The translations under genes were made by a program, and so were the position numbers. The notes beneath the pieces were generated by a model, which ran no database searches, was not told where the DNA came from, and saw only the letters and a list, made by a program, of their open reading frames with translations. A stretch of 26,456 nt of DNA from Sulfolobales archaeon (GTDB taxonomy: Archaea; Thermoproteota; Thermoprotei_A; Sulfolobales; NBVN01): the NCBI GenBank assembly GCA_038841535.1, contig JAWBTQ010000013.1, positions 1-26,456 of the forward strand, given 5' to 3'. Below, piece by piece: positions 1 to 8,997 of this stretch (position 1 is its first letter; each line of letters opens with the position of its first letter).

Positions 1-65
1 AGATCAGGTGAAGCTACTCTAGTGAGTAAGCACAGAGGGTTCTTAATAGTTAAATCTTCTAGTAG

Positions 66-1274
66 CTAACTAGGAGAAGACTGCTTTAAGCAGTTAACGA
101 AGACGTCGTAGGGTCCGTTAGTACCTACAGCTGTTACGGCACCGTAGTACCTCGCAGCACTATACCCCAGAGACTTCAAGCACTCAACTACCTCCTCAAC
201 TCTGGGAGCATTAACCTTCAGCCTGCGCGCCATCTGGACTACGTCGTAAGGAACTAGAGCCCCACCTTCTGCTTCAGCTACCTGGTACTCGAGTAGCTTA
301 GAGAGCTTACTAGCAGAGCTCGTATAGGAGAAGCTAGGTAGTGCTTCCCTAGCTCTAAGAACGAGTTCTCTAGAGACCAGTCTATCTATCCACATAGGGC
401 CTACGTAGTCCAACTTACCACCACACACCCTACAGCTAGCTTCATCGAACCAGTGAGTATACTCTCTAAACCCACAGACGTTGCAGTACTTCAAGTAACC
501 TACATTCTTAGATAGCATAGCGTCAGCCGCTGTCGCACCCCTCCCCACTCTGTAGAAGACCCTGATGAAGTAGCCACCTATAGCGTAAGCAACAGGCTCT
601 ATAAACCTATCCAGCTCACTAGCGACTCTCGCAGCATATCCGACTAGAACCCGCAGGGCAATGAGCTTCGGGACATCGGTCAAGGTGAGATGACACCAGT
701 ACCTCCTACTCCCAGCCCACGGTCTCGCACCCGAGAGAGAAGCTAAGTCTGTCGCAGTAACACCCAGGAAACCCCCACTCCTTACAGCCCAGGAAGCTGC
801 CCTAAGGAACGGTGCCGGAGAACCATACGGGTCGACGTCGATTACGTCGAGTTTCTCGCCTGACTTCTTGAGTCTATACATAACCACGTTAGCATCATCG
901 TTTATAGCTTCAACTACTCCCTGAAGATCGTTCAGAGATATGTTCCTAACGATCAGGTCGTAAGCCTTCTTATCGATATCGTTGGCAAAGCACTTAACTA
1001 CGCCAAAAGCTTCTACACAGTAACGCAGAGCCCTAACGCCGCAACCAGAGAGAGCATCTAGTACTACAGCGTTCCGCAAGTCTAGAAGAGACACTACTAA
1101 AACACTGAAGTCTCTACTAAAAACAGCTGCCGGATTATAGAACACCGGTGACCAAGCAGGCTCGTATACTCCATCCGGCCTTAAAAACTTGCTTAGATCG
1201 TAGAGTAGTAGCCGAACCCTACCCTCAGTAAGCTCTACTAGCTCCCCAATGCTCGACACCTCCACAGGCCCCAC
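66..1274 (-). CDS. trm1: tRNA (guanine-26-N2)-dimethyltransferase Trm1
   Basis: 402-aa ORF with PVFYNP, RDFS, SAM-binding LDALSGCGVRALRY, DVIDVDPYGSP, VTATD, a CxxC...CxxC zinc motif and GPMW, all typical of Trm1. Confidence 0.95.
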   Translation of the reverse strand: MGPVEVSSIGELVELTEGRVRLLLYDLSKFLRPDGVYEPAWSPVFYNPAAVFSRDFSVLVVSLLDLRNAVVLDALSGCGVRALRYCVEAFGVVKCFANDIDKKAYDLIVRNISLNDLQGVVEAINDDANVVMYRLKKSGEKLDVIDVDPYGSPAPFLRAASWAVRSGGFLGVTATDLASLSGARPWAGSRRYWCHLTLTDVPKLIALRVLVGYAARVASELDRFIEPVAYAIGGYFIRVFYRVGRGATAADAMLSKNVGYLKYCNVCGFREYTHWFDEASCRVCGGKLDYVGPMWIDRLVSRELVLRAREALPSFSYTSSASKLSKLLEYQVAEAEGGALVPYDVVQMARRLKVNAPRVEEVVECLKSLGYSAARYYGAVTAVGTNGPYDVFVNCLKQSSPS

Positions 1275-1579
1275 ACCGAATCAAGTTAGTAGACAGATAT
1301 TCACCACATCCTCAGAGGAACTCTCGGATAAGACCAACATATAGGAGGAGCCCGGCATTCGCAGTATTTAACTCTGTGCACCTTCCCCTTCGTCTTACCG
1401 CCCTCCGAGCACTATCGCTATAGCCCAATGTTGATGCTCACCGTCGCTTAGGGTCCCCCCGCTCGCAATGAGAGTAAGTAGTGAAGACCTGGATTAGCAG
1501 ATGAAGCTATAGTTAAAACATTTGGTTGGGTTTTGGTCTACGTAAGAAACGTGTTAGCCGAAGGAAGACCGTGATCTAG

Positions 1580-3271
1580 CTAGTCGAACTCGGGCTTACC
1601 TAGTCCTTTTTCTTCTTCCTCTTCCTTGCCTTTCCTCTCTTTCTCCTCTTTCTTTAGTGGTGAAGCAGCTATTAGGTCATCAACCTTCAGTATAGCCGTT
1701 GCTGCCTCAGTTGCCGCTCTAATTATCTGCTTCTTAACGGAGAGCGGATCCATTACCCTCAGCTTCCTCATGTCTTCAGTTATCTTGCCCTCGATAACGT
1801 TTATTCCAGCGTACTTATTGCCGGATGCATGCGTTTTTCTGAGCTCCATTAAGGTCTCCAGCGGATCCATTCCAGCAGACTTCGCTAGAATTACGGCTAT
1901 CTCCTCAACCGCGTCAGCGAAGGCTAGAACAGCTAGCTGCTCTTTACCACTGACTGTCTCAGCCCACTTCCTCAGTCTCATAGCTACCTCTATCTCTGGA
2001 GCACCACCTCCCGGCAGAACCTTAGGCTCTCTCAGTACATTTCGCAAGGCATTTACAGCATCGTTGAGAGACCTCTCTGCGTCATCTAGGATCATGTCGT
2101 TAGCTCCACGCACTAGTATGGTAACTGCCTTCGGGTTCCTACAGCCCTCAACGAACACCATCTTGTCGTTTCCAACTCTTCTCTCTTCTACTAGTTCTGC
2201 TTGTCCTAGGTCGTTCTCACTGAGGTCGCGCACACTCGTCACTATCCTTCCTCCTGTTGCTCTCTCTAGTTTCTCCATGTCAGACCTCTTCACTCTTCTA
2301 ACAGCTAGAATACCCTTCTTAGCTAAGAAGTGCTGAGCAACATCGTCAATACCCTTCTGACACACAACTACACTAGCACCAACAGCAACGATCTTGTCGA
2401 CCATCTCCTTCAGTAGCCTCGTTTCTTCATCTAGGAACTTCTTTATCTGGTCTGGAGACGTAATGTTTATCTTTGCCGTAATATCCGGCTTCTCGATCTC
2501 CAGTGGTGCGTCTAGAAGAGCTATCCTAGCTTTCTCTACTCTCCTAGGCATTCCTGGGTGGACTACCTCCTTATCTAAGACTATCCCCTTAATGAGGCGG
2601 GTCTCCGATAAGGAAGCACCCTTCTTCTTCTCTATCTTTATGTTGTCAGACCTCACTAGATAGCCTCCCTCAGGCCTCTTCTCGGCAACAGTAGTTACAG
2701 CATCGATTACTACATTAATGAAGTGCTCTACTACGTCTGGAGAAGCTATGTACTTACTGGCTAGAGCAGCGTAAGCTAGCTCTCTAAGTATCGGTCTAGT
2801 CCTCTCTATCCCCTCCTGAGTCTCGAGGTCTACGCTTACACTATCAGCAACCTCCTCCAGTATCTCAGACGCTCTCTCAGCAGCCTTCTTAAACCCCTCG
2901 ATGATGATCGTGGGATGGATGTTCTGGTCGAGCAGGGCCTCAGCCTTAGATAGCAGAGCACCAGCTAAGACTACAGCAGATGTAGTTCCATCACCTACTT
3001 CAGCATCTACAGCCTTTGCTGTCTCCACAAGGAGTTTAGCTGCTGGATGCTGGACCTCCATCTCCTTAACTATAGTAGCACCATCGTTTGTTACAGTTAT
3101 ATCACCAAAGCTGTCAACAAGCATCTTATCCAATCCCTTAGGACCTAGCGAGCTCATTAAGACCTCAGCTAGAGCCTTTGCTGCCATAATGTTGTTCCTT
3201 AGTGCTTCACGACCGTACGTCCTACTCGCACCCTCCTTCAGGATTAAGACGGGAATACCGTAGGTCGACAT
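1580..3271 (-). CDS. thsA: Thermosome (group II chaperonin), alpha-type subunit
   Basis: [32 protein letters not shown] and PGGGAPE motifs. [18 protein letters not shown], the insertion before [10 protein letters not shown] and KVDDLIAA resemble crenarchaeal alpha subunits (from recall). Confidence 0.93.
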   Translation of the reverse strand: MSTYGIPVLILKEGASRTYGREALRNNIMAAKALAEVLMSSLGPKGLDKMLVDSFGDITVTNDGATIVKEMEVQHPAAKLLVETAKAVDAEVGDGTTSAVVLAGALLSKAEALLDQNIHPTIIIEGFKKAAERASEILEEVADSVSVDLETQEGIERTRPILRELAYAALASKYIASPDVVEHFINVVIDAVTTVAEKRPEGGYLVRSDNIKIEKKKGASLSETRLIKGIVLDKEVVHPGMPRRVEKARIALLDAPLEIEKPDITAKINITSPDQIKKFLDEETRLLKEMVDKIVAVGASVVVCQKGIDDVAQHFLAKKGILAVRRVKRSDMEKLERATGGRIVTSVRDLSENDLGQAELVEERRVGNDKMVFVEGCRNPKAVTILVRGANDMILDDAERSLNDAVNALRNVLREPKVLPGGGAPEIEVAMRLRKWAETVSGKEQLAVLAFADAVEEIAVILAKSAGMDPLETLMELRKTHASGNKYAGINVIEGKITEDMRKLRVMDPLSVKKQIIRAATEAATAILKVDDLIAASPLKKEEKERKGKEEEEEKGLGKPEFD

Positions 3272-3306
3272 ATGTCACACCCCATTAGAATTACATTAAA
3301 GACTTC

Positions 3307-3320
3307 TATTTAAGCTTTTA
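3307..3320 (-). promoter_or_regulatory. BRE/TATA promoter of the thermosome gene
   Basis: Minus strand reads TAAAAGC-TTAAATA about 36-42 nt upstream of the ATG, with a GGGGTG RBS just before the ATG. Confidence 0.65.
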
Positions 3321-3390
3321 TCAAACTCGCCAAAAAACAGAACAACACGCACTAGTACGAGAAAACCTATAAGTAGTTAGATTGCTGAAG

Positions 3391-4389
3391 TCACACTACA
3401 GTTACTTCTCGAATACCCAGCTTCTCCATTAAGTAAGTAGCGAATTCTTCAGCACCGTTGCTTCGAGCTCTCACTACGTACACCCTACTAGGCCTTACTT
3501 GAGTTACGTACTGGATTAAACCCCTGAAGTCCGAGTGGTCACTAAAGGCTACATGCCAAGTGCGTGCGGCTAGCCTCCTAACCGGCTTCTCGAATTCCCA
3601 ACCACTCAACATAACGGAATTCGCACCTCGCGGCACTCTGTGTTGCGCTCTAGTTGTGTGATCTAAGTACACGTACCACCCGTTCCTCACCACCTCATCA
3701 GCCTCCAGACTTCCTGCAAGAAGGTAGTCTCCCACCCTACTCCCCAAGCTCTCTGCTTTCTTAGTCATCATGTAGACCTTGGAGGGTAAGATGAACGGAG
3801 CATCTACTCCACTACCCCTAAGTAGCTCCATAACCTCGTTGATCTTCCCGTAGTACCCGTAGATGTAGACACCCCCCTCAGATAGTAGCTGCCTAACTAA
3901 GTCTACTAGTAGTACCTCAATTACATCATCAAACTTTCTTACGTAAGAGGGTCTGCCATATACGGCGTCTACAACTAGGGTATCGGCTTCAACTATCGGA
4001 GTACCGTCTCCCGGTTTCTTGAAGTCACTGCTGTATAAGACCCTATGCCCCTTCTCGCACTCCACGAGAACTTGGGCTGTGCCAGGTATGTGGTGGCTTT
4101 TAACGAGCTCTACGTCTAGACTACCTATTTTAACTTTAGACCCGTAGCTTAGCTGTATTGAGCTACCGATGGAGTACCCCAGTACCGGGAGCCAGCTGAG
4201 CGTAACGTGTGTTCCCAAGATTCTATACGAGTTCCTTAAGCTCGACGCTAGATTGACTGTGTGATCACTGTGTATGTGAGTTACTACTCTAACTCTAGTT
4301 GAAACATCTCCGTGCCCATCTATGACAATGCTGTTAGAGACAACTATTGCTCCATCTCTCTCGATCCTAACACTACACTCACTCAACAC
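3391..4389 (-). CDS. Metallo-beta-lactamase fold hydrolase, beta-CASP-like nuclease
   Basis: THIHSDH (HxHxDH), SHHIPGT, YSSDF, DAVYG and C-terminal FSDHSDF motifs. Confidence 0.88.
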   Translation of the reverse strand: MLSECSVRIERDGAIVVSNSIVIDGHGDVSTRVRVVTHIHSDHTVNLASSLRNSYRILGTHVTLSWLPVLGYSIGSSIQLSYGSKVKIGSLDVELVKSHHIPGTAQVLVECEKGHRVLYSSDFKKPGDGTPIVEADTLVVDAVYGRPSYVRKFDDVIEVLLVDLVRQLLSEGGVYIYGYYGKINEVMELLRGSGVDAPFILPSKVYMMTKKAESLGSRVGDYLLAGSLEADEVVRNGWYVYLDHTTRAQHRVPRGANSVMLSGWEFEKPVRRLAARTWHVAFSDHSDFRGLIQYVTQVRPSRVYVVRARSNGAEEFATYLMEKLGIREVTVV

Positions 4390-4470
4390 ACATCAACTCC
4401 ACGCTTGCGTATCCTAACTAGTAGAGCAACCCCAGATTTTTAAAACACTAAGGGACATACCGCACTACAA

Positions 4471-4712
4471 CCGTTTGTCCCTAGATGGTCGTTTTTGTTT
4501 GTTTATGTCTGGGGACTTCCGCCTCTTACACACGGACTTAGGTATCTCTGTGGGTTTGTGAGTGGCTGTCGAGCCAAACGGCACATGGCTCCCACCTAGC
4601 ACTGCCCCGGGAGGCTTGGAGTACTGCCCCATCACTGTCCGGGTTCACCACAAAAATAAGCAGAAACAACGCTCACAAACATTTCCCCAAAACACCGAGA
4701 AGAAAACAGCCC
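4471..4712 (-). mobile_element. Non-autonomous relic carrying a tnpB 3' end and right end (IS607/IS605-like)
   Basis: Minus-strand frame 4632-4465 reads GGSHVPFGSTATHKP..KRRKSP, similar to recalled crenarchaeal TnpB C-terminal tails. An A-rich tract and terminal AGGGACAAACGG follow, with a T-rich putative left end near 4712. No transposase. Confidence 0.5.
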
Positions 4713-4872
4713 TTCAAGACGTTTGTAGACCGGCTTAGAGCAGTTTAACGCTGTCCCCGAAGAACACTCGCGGAACCCACAGCTCCCGAAACCAAGGGCA
4801 CCGGCAACTAGTAGTAGCTGAAAATTACTACCACCGAGGTGTTGTAGAGTTGCTGGACTCAGGTTTAGCTAC

Positions 4873-5460
4873 TTACTCCCAGTCTTGACATACCAGCTTC
4901 CCGCAGTTCTTTAGGAGCCAGCTGGTCAACGCTTTAAACGCTCTCGCTCTATGAGATATCTTGTTCTTTTCCTCAATACTCATCTCAGCAAAAGTCCTAG
5001 TGTAGCCTCTCGGTATAAAGATTGGGTCGAATCCAAAGCCTCCGGTGCCTCTAGGCTCTTCAGATATGGTGCCGTGTACTACTCCTTGAAAGAGCTTTAC
5101 ACCCCTAACTCGCGGGGCAGCTAGGGCTATGACTGACTTAAAGACTGCACTCCTGTCTGTAACTCCCTCCATCAGCTTCAGAACGCCGGAGATGCCTATA
5201 GTCTTAAATACGTAGCTACTTAGTGCTCCTGGAAACATGTTCAACTGATCTATGTAGAGGCCGGAGTCTTCAATAATGATAGGCTTTCTAGTCGTAAGGT
5301 AGGCTACTGTTGCTGAGTATAGAGCTACGTCTTGAAGGCTTTCAGACTGTACTTCTACCTTAGGTATGTCTAGTGGAACTATCTCTATTCCACATTCTCT
5401 AGCTAGATAGCTCAGCTCTCTTATTTTTCCCTGGTTTCTCGATACTAGGTAGAGCCTCAT
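4873..5460 (-). CDS. rdgB: Non-canonical purine NTP (XTP/dITP) pyrophosphatase, HAM1 family
   Basis: SRNQGK, EDSGL, FPG, GFGFDPIF and KNKISHR signature motifs. Confidence 0.95.
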   Translation of the reverse strand: MRLYLVSRNQGKIRELSYLARECGIEIVPLDIPKVEVQSESLQDVALYSATVAYLTTRKPIIIEDSGLYIDQLNMFPGALSSYVFKTIGISGVLKLMEGVTDRSAVFKSVIALAAPRVRGVKLFQGVVHGTISEEPRGTGGFGFDPIFIPRGYTRTFAEMSIEEKNKISHRARAFKALTSWLLKNCGKLVCQDWE

Positions 5461-5640
5461 TTCACACTACACCGGCATCAACTATATGATGCGGAGTGTG
5501 CGGTAATATGCGGAATAAGCAGAAATTGCTCGAGTAGAAGCACCATAGAGTAGAGAGTATAGGGAGTAAAGACGATGTTATTGCTTAAACTTGCTGCAAT
5601 GCTTTTAAGTAACGTAAGCAACCAAATTTACGGGGTAGAC

Positions 5641-5943
5641 TTGGGGAAAAGAAAGGAAGTCAACGAGTCCGATGACAGTAGGAGAGAGTCGAGGCTTAGT
5701 CTAGATTTTAAAGTGGTTTATGAAGATCAAGAAGTACTCGTGATTAGAGCACCTACAGAAGATGAGCTGGTGAACATAATACTGAGACTACTAAACGAGA
5801 AGCCTATGAACATTAAGGAGATACACCACTACCTACCTGGAATAGCTAGTGAGGATAAGATAAGGAAAACACTAACTAAGTTAGTTAATGAAGGCAAGGT
5901 CTACGTTCTCGAAGACGGGCGCTTCATAGTAGTCGGAAGATAA
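5641..5943 (+). CDS. Small winged-helix (ArsR-like) DNA-binding protein
   Basis: ILRLLNEKPMNIKEIHHYL..SEDKIRKTLTKLVNEGKV..DGRF wHTH pattern. TTG start at 5641 is preferred over the ORF-track start 5575 because of an upstream GGGGT RBS and TTTTAAG TATA at 5603-5609. Confidence 0.8.
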   Translation: MGKRKEVNESDDSRRESRLSLDFKVVYEDQEVLVIRAPTEDELVNIILRLLNEKPMNIKEIHHYLPGIASEDKIRKTLTKLVNEGKVYVLEDGRFIVVGR

Positions 5944-5962
5944 GCTGTTGAGGTGTAGAGCG

Positions 5963-6268
5963 TTGTCCGACCATCAGTCTTTTTCGCAAAGTACTTCATC
6001 GAAGCAGCTTACGGAGAGAGCTAAGTGGGTTGAAAAAATCATAAAGTCGGCTAAGCAGACCTACAAGCTTTGTCCCTACTTCGACAAGAAAACGAGCTCT
6101 TGCTTTATTAAGATGATGAAGTCTCAAAAGAAGGCTAAGTGCGATAGAGAAGGCAAGTTTGATACGTGCCCAGTGTTTATCGACTTTATAGGGGAGCAAT
6201 ACGACAGGCTAATGGAAACTCAAAAGGTGTTGCCTCAGGACTTTCGCGACCTCCAGCTCATTATATAG
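5963..6268 (+). CDS. Hypothetical 4-Cys (probable metal-binding) protein
   Basis: GAGGTG RBS at 5950-5955 before TTG 5963; C-x9-C-x12-C-x8-C (CPYF...CF...CDREGKFDTCPVF); starts 19 nt after the wHTH gene stop. Confidence 0.75.
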   Translation: MSDHQSFSQSTSSKQLTERAKWVEKIIKSAKQTYKLCPYFDKKTSSCFIKMMKSQKKAKCDREGKFDTCPVFIDFIGEQYDRLMETQKVLPQDFRDLQLII

Positions 6269-6524
6269 ACCATATAGACGCAGCCCCCACCGCAGCCCAC
6301 CGATTTTACGCACTCTCCACACGCTCTCCTTACGTACTGGTAGACCTCGATCTGTGCTTAGCGTTCTCCCCGTTAGGTTCGGAATGCCGTGGTCACCGCA
6401 CTTGAGGGCTGTAAACTAACTACAACAAAAACAGCATCCATAGTAAGAGAAAAACTACTGTACTCTGTGTGCGTCAGAGAGTGAGAGCTATTGTTTGCGC
6501 AGTCTTTCACGTCCTTTACGGACT

Positions 6525-6656
6525 CTATGCGCTTTTAAATACGAGGTTTCTACCCCCCTTTGAGACTACCATCTTGACCTTTCTTCCGTGGTGCTTCACT
6601 AGCTCTTCCTTCTCTGTGCTAGGTACTGAAATACCGGACTCCTAGTACTGAGCCAT
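6525..6656 (-). pseudogene. Possible relic of a small AbrB/SpoVT-like gene
   Basis: Reads MAQY*ESGISVPSTEKEELVKHHGRKVKMVVS with an in-frame TAG at 6642-6644; TATA-like TTAAAA at 6674-6679. Confidence 0.25.
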
Positions 6657-6713
6657 ACAGTCGTCGACCCAGGTTTTAAGCTTAGTCTAAATCCAACTTA
6701 TTCTAGTTGCTCG

Positions 6714-6753
6714 CAAGCACCTTCACCCTCTAAGGGGTAAAGACGCAGTTGAT
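6714..6753 (-). mobile_element. Degenerate IS200/IS605-type terminal hairpin
   Basis: Minus strand ATCAACTGC-[CTTTACCC CTTAGA GGGTGAAG]-GTGCTTG fits the recalled TCAACT-hairpin-GCTTG end architecture. Confidence 0.4.
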
Positions 6754-6933
6754 GTCTGTCTAGAGGCTGACGGGAAGGCCGAGATCTCTAACCAAAATCG
6801 TTTGGTGCGAACTTGCGCGGGGTCTAAGACTGTTTGCCGAGCAACGAGATTCTTATCTATGCTTTCGCCTCTCACTGAAGCACGTACTTGCGACTTATAA
6901 CCCTGGAATAGCTAGTAGGGTATTGGACGTAGT

Positions 6934-6985
6934 AGTGATGAGAAGAGGGTCTGGTGATTTATGAACGCTGCTGGAAATGCTGATC
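6934..6985 (+). ncRNA. Probable box C/D guide sRNA overlapping the 5' end of the next ORF
   Basis: Box C GTGATGA (6935-6941), 12-nt guide, D' GTGA (6954-6957), degenerate C' TTTATGA, 15-nt guide, box D CTGA (6980-6983); TTATAA at 6895-6900. Confidence 0.5.
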
Positions 6986-7446
6986 TCTCCGAGCAAGTGC
7001 GGAGTAAGAACGCTTACTCACAAATCGTTCTTATTTTAAGTACGTGGTTAGCTCTCTATGGAGTCCTGCTTACAACGAGAGTTCTCAACAGATTTGGAGC
7101 CGTGAGTAGTAGAGAGCTATACGATGCCGCAGCTCTCAGTTCGTTAACTATATTTATTGCCGTTCTAGTGATTACGAGTCTACTTAAGGTAAAGACAAGA
7201 GAGACCGCAATAACCTCCTCAGCACTACTAGTAGTTACATACTACGCTAGACTTCTCCACTTACTTCTGTCAGAGAGAGGTAGCGCGTTGATACTACCTC
7301 TATTCACAATCGTGAAGTTCGAGGGGACTGCGTCGGGAACTATAACTCTAGACCTAGGTCAAATAGGTCTCTATACTCTACTTTACTTCCTGATTAAAGA
7401 CCCGTTGATAAGAACCTACCTAAGAAGAACCTTTTCCCTCAAGTAG
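6961..7446 (+). CDS. Hypothetical integral membrane protein (3-4 TM segments)
   Basis: 161-aa ORF with several hydrophobic stretches; GGTGA precedes the ATG; alternative GTG start at 6997. Confidence 0.75.
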   Translation: MNAAGNADLSEQVRSKNAYSQIVLILSTWLALYGVLLTTRVLNRFGAVSSRELYDAAALSSLTIFIAVLVITSLLKVKTRETAITSSALLVVTYYARLLHLLLSERGSALILPLFTIVKFEGTASGTITLDLGQIGLYTLLYFLIKDPLIRTYLRRTFSLK

Positions 7447-7569
7447 CTTAAAGCTTTTGCGCTAACTGCTGGAAGAAGCCGAGATCGGTCGCTGAGTTCA
7501 GCTGGAAACCTACACTTCACTACGGACTATCACCACTTAAGTGGTTTACGTATCTCTCGCTACAAATAT

Positions 7570-8949
7570 ATGTCTAGTGAACAGCGTGAAGCGCGGGAAC
7601 TAGTGTTGCTTGATGAACTAATTAGGAAGTGTTCCAGAAACTCTATATGCGTAGTCGAAGGCTTTAAGCTACAGCTAGATAGAGGGTATAGTCCAGAACC
7701 CGAGGAAGTCAGGTATGTCTCGGCCTTAATGGGGGGACCTACGAAGAAAGTTGATACCTTAAAGAGCACGTATATTGACGTGTTTACTCGCTTACTAGAA
7801 AAGAACTGCTACTACTTCAACAGTAAGTCTTTATGCATTTACTCTTGGAGCCCTAGAGTGCCGGTTAGGTACTTCCCAGTATCTCTGGATGCTACTGGAA
7901 CAATTATCGCTCTCGACGAGGATGGAGTGTCTCTATTAGCGTACCCGACTCACAGGACCTACGACCTAGAAGGCAGGGGTGTGGAGCTCCCCGACCCCGA
8001 GAGAATGAGGGTAGTTGAGGTAACGTCTCGAATTGACGGATACCAGATTACTTTCTACTTCAATCCCTTACTTGATAAGTGGATTCCAGCTACTAGGTAC
8101 GCTCTCCACAATATGAGGTATATGAAAAGTAGAGTAATAATGGAAGACTTAGGTAATATAACTAATCCTTACGCAGCTGTAGCAGACCATATAGCAAGTA
8201 GCAAAGGCCTCTACGATAGAATCGAGCACTTAAGGGGGTGGACCCTCACATTCGTTCTCGAGGCCCCGGAACCCGCAATAGTTAAACCTAACGTAGAGCT
8301 ATACGACTACGAAAGCTTCAGGCTCTACCTAGTAAATGCACGCAACCCTGAGGGACACCTACTAACGACATACGAGTCTTCCCAGCTAGTGAGTTGGGAC
8401 CACGTTCCAATAGAAAAAGTTGAGGTAAGCACCGCACCAGAGCTCAAGAAGTTCGTAGAAATGTGGAGCTGGGACATATACCACAGGTCTAGATTCGTAA
8501 GGTTTCTATCGCAGGACCAGGTAAGACCATATACTATTGAGGTGAGATCTAAGCTTTACGAAAACGCTGTATACATTAAGCACTCGTCAGACCCTAAGTC
8601 ACTCCTGATCTTAGCTTCGCACGGGCTAGATGATAAGGCAGTAGAGCTACTAATAGACTACAGAGACATAAAGAGTGTTGGTAAAGAGATATGCGAGCTC
8701 TATAAAACCCTCAGAAAACTCGTCTCAGAAACTCTAAGTCTACCTATTCTCGAGGAAGCTATGAGAGATATGAGAGTACCTAGAGACCTCTTCTGGGAGC
8801 TCGAAAAAGCTAGGCGCTCTGGAGATATAGAGAGGTTCTCTAGAAAGCTATCTCTAGCTCTCGCAAGTGAGAACATATACGATACGAGGGAGAAGCTCAA
8901 GGCATTTATAGCGTCTTTAACTAGGCACCTAGAGTCGCGAGCGGCCTGA
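7570..8949 (+). CDS. RNA ligase 1 (T4 Rnl1/TS2126)-like protein with degenerate catalytic motifs
   Basis: Motif order LDATG..LLAYPTHRTYD..VTSRIDGY..WIPATR..WTLTFVL..LYLVNAR..HRSRFV..IEVRS..Y plus a helical C-terminal domain parallels Rnl1 (ExRG, KFFN, EKxDG, TxxxE, LLxxR, EGxV, KxK). Confidence 0.7.
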   Translation: MSSEQREARELVLLDELIRKCSRNSICVVEGFKLQLDRGYSPEPEEVRYVSALMGGPTKKVDTLKSTYIDVFTRLLEKNCYYFNSKSLCIYSWSPRVPVRYFPVSLDATGTIIALDEDGVSLLAYPTHRTYDLEGRGVELPDPERMRVVEVTSRIDGYQITFYFNPLLDKWIPATRYALHNMRYMKSRVIMEDLGNITNPYAAVADHIASSKGLYDRIEHLRGWTLTFVLEAPEPAIVKPNVELYDYESFRLYLVNARNPEGHLLTTYESSQLVSWDHVPIEKVEVSTAPELKKFVEMWSWDIYHRSRFVRFLSQDQVRPYTIEVRSKLYENAVYIKHSSDPKSLLILASHGLDDKAVELLIDYRDIKSVGKEICELYKTLRKLVSETLSLPILEEAMRDMRVPRDLFWELEKARRSGDIERFSRKLSLALASENIYDTREKLKAFIASLTRHLESRAA

Positions 8950-8997
8950 GGGAGTTTAAAAAGCTAGCACTAAACAAACTATGTATTGGTGGAAGGA

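Noticed and set aside
1626-3263. Plus-strand ORFs (236, 89 and 120 aa) opposite the thermosome, and similar antisense ORFs inside glmS, xerA, alaS, lig and nep1
   Set aside because: Ser/Leu/Phe-rich shadow frames of well-supported genes, with no recognisable motifs
4801-4856. Nested hairpin CCGGCAACT...AGTTGCTGG as an H/ACA RNA
   Set aside because: No ACA tail or symmetric pseudouridylation pocket; at most a terminator-like structure
7471-7490. GGAAGAAGCCGAGATCG..CTGA, resembling an antisense to the 23S peptidyl-transferase region
   Set aside because: Needs a gap plus a mismatch and has no credible box C
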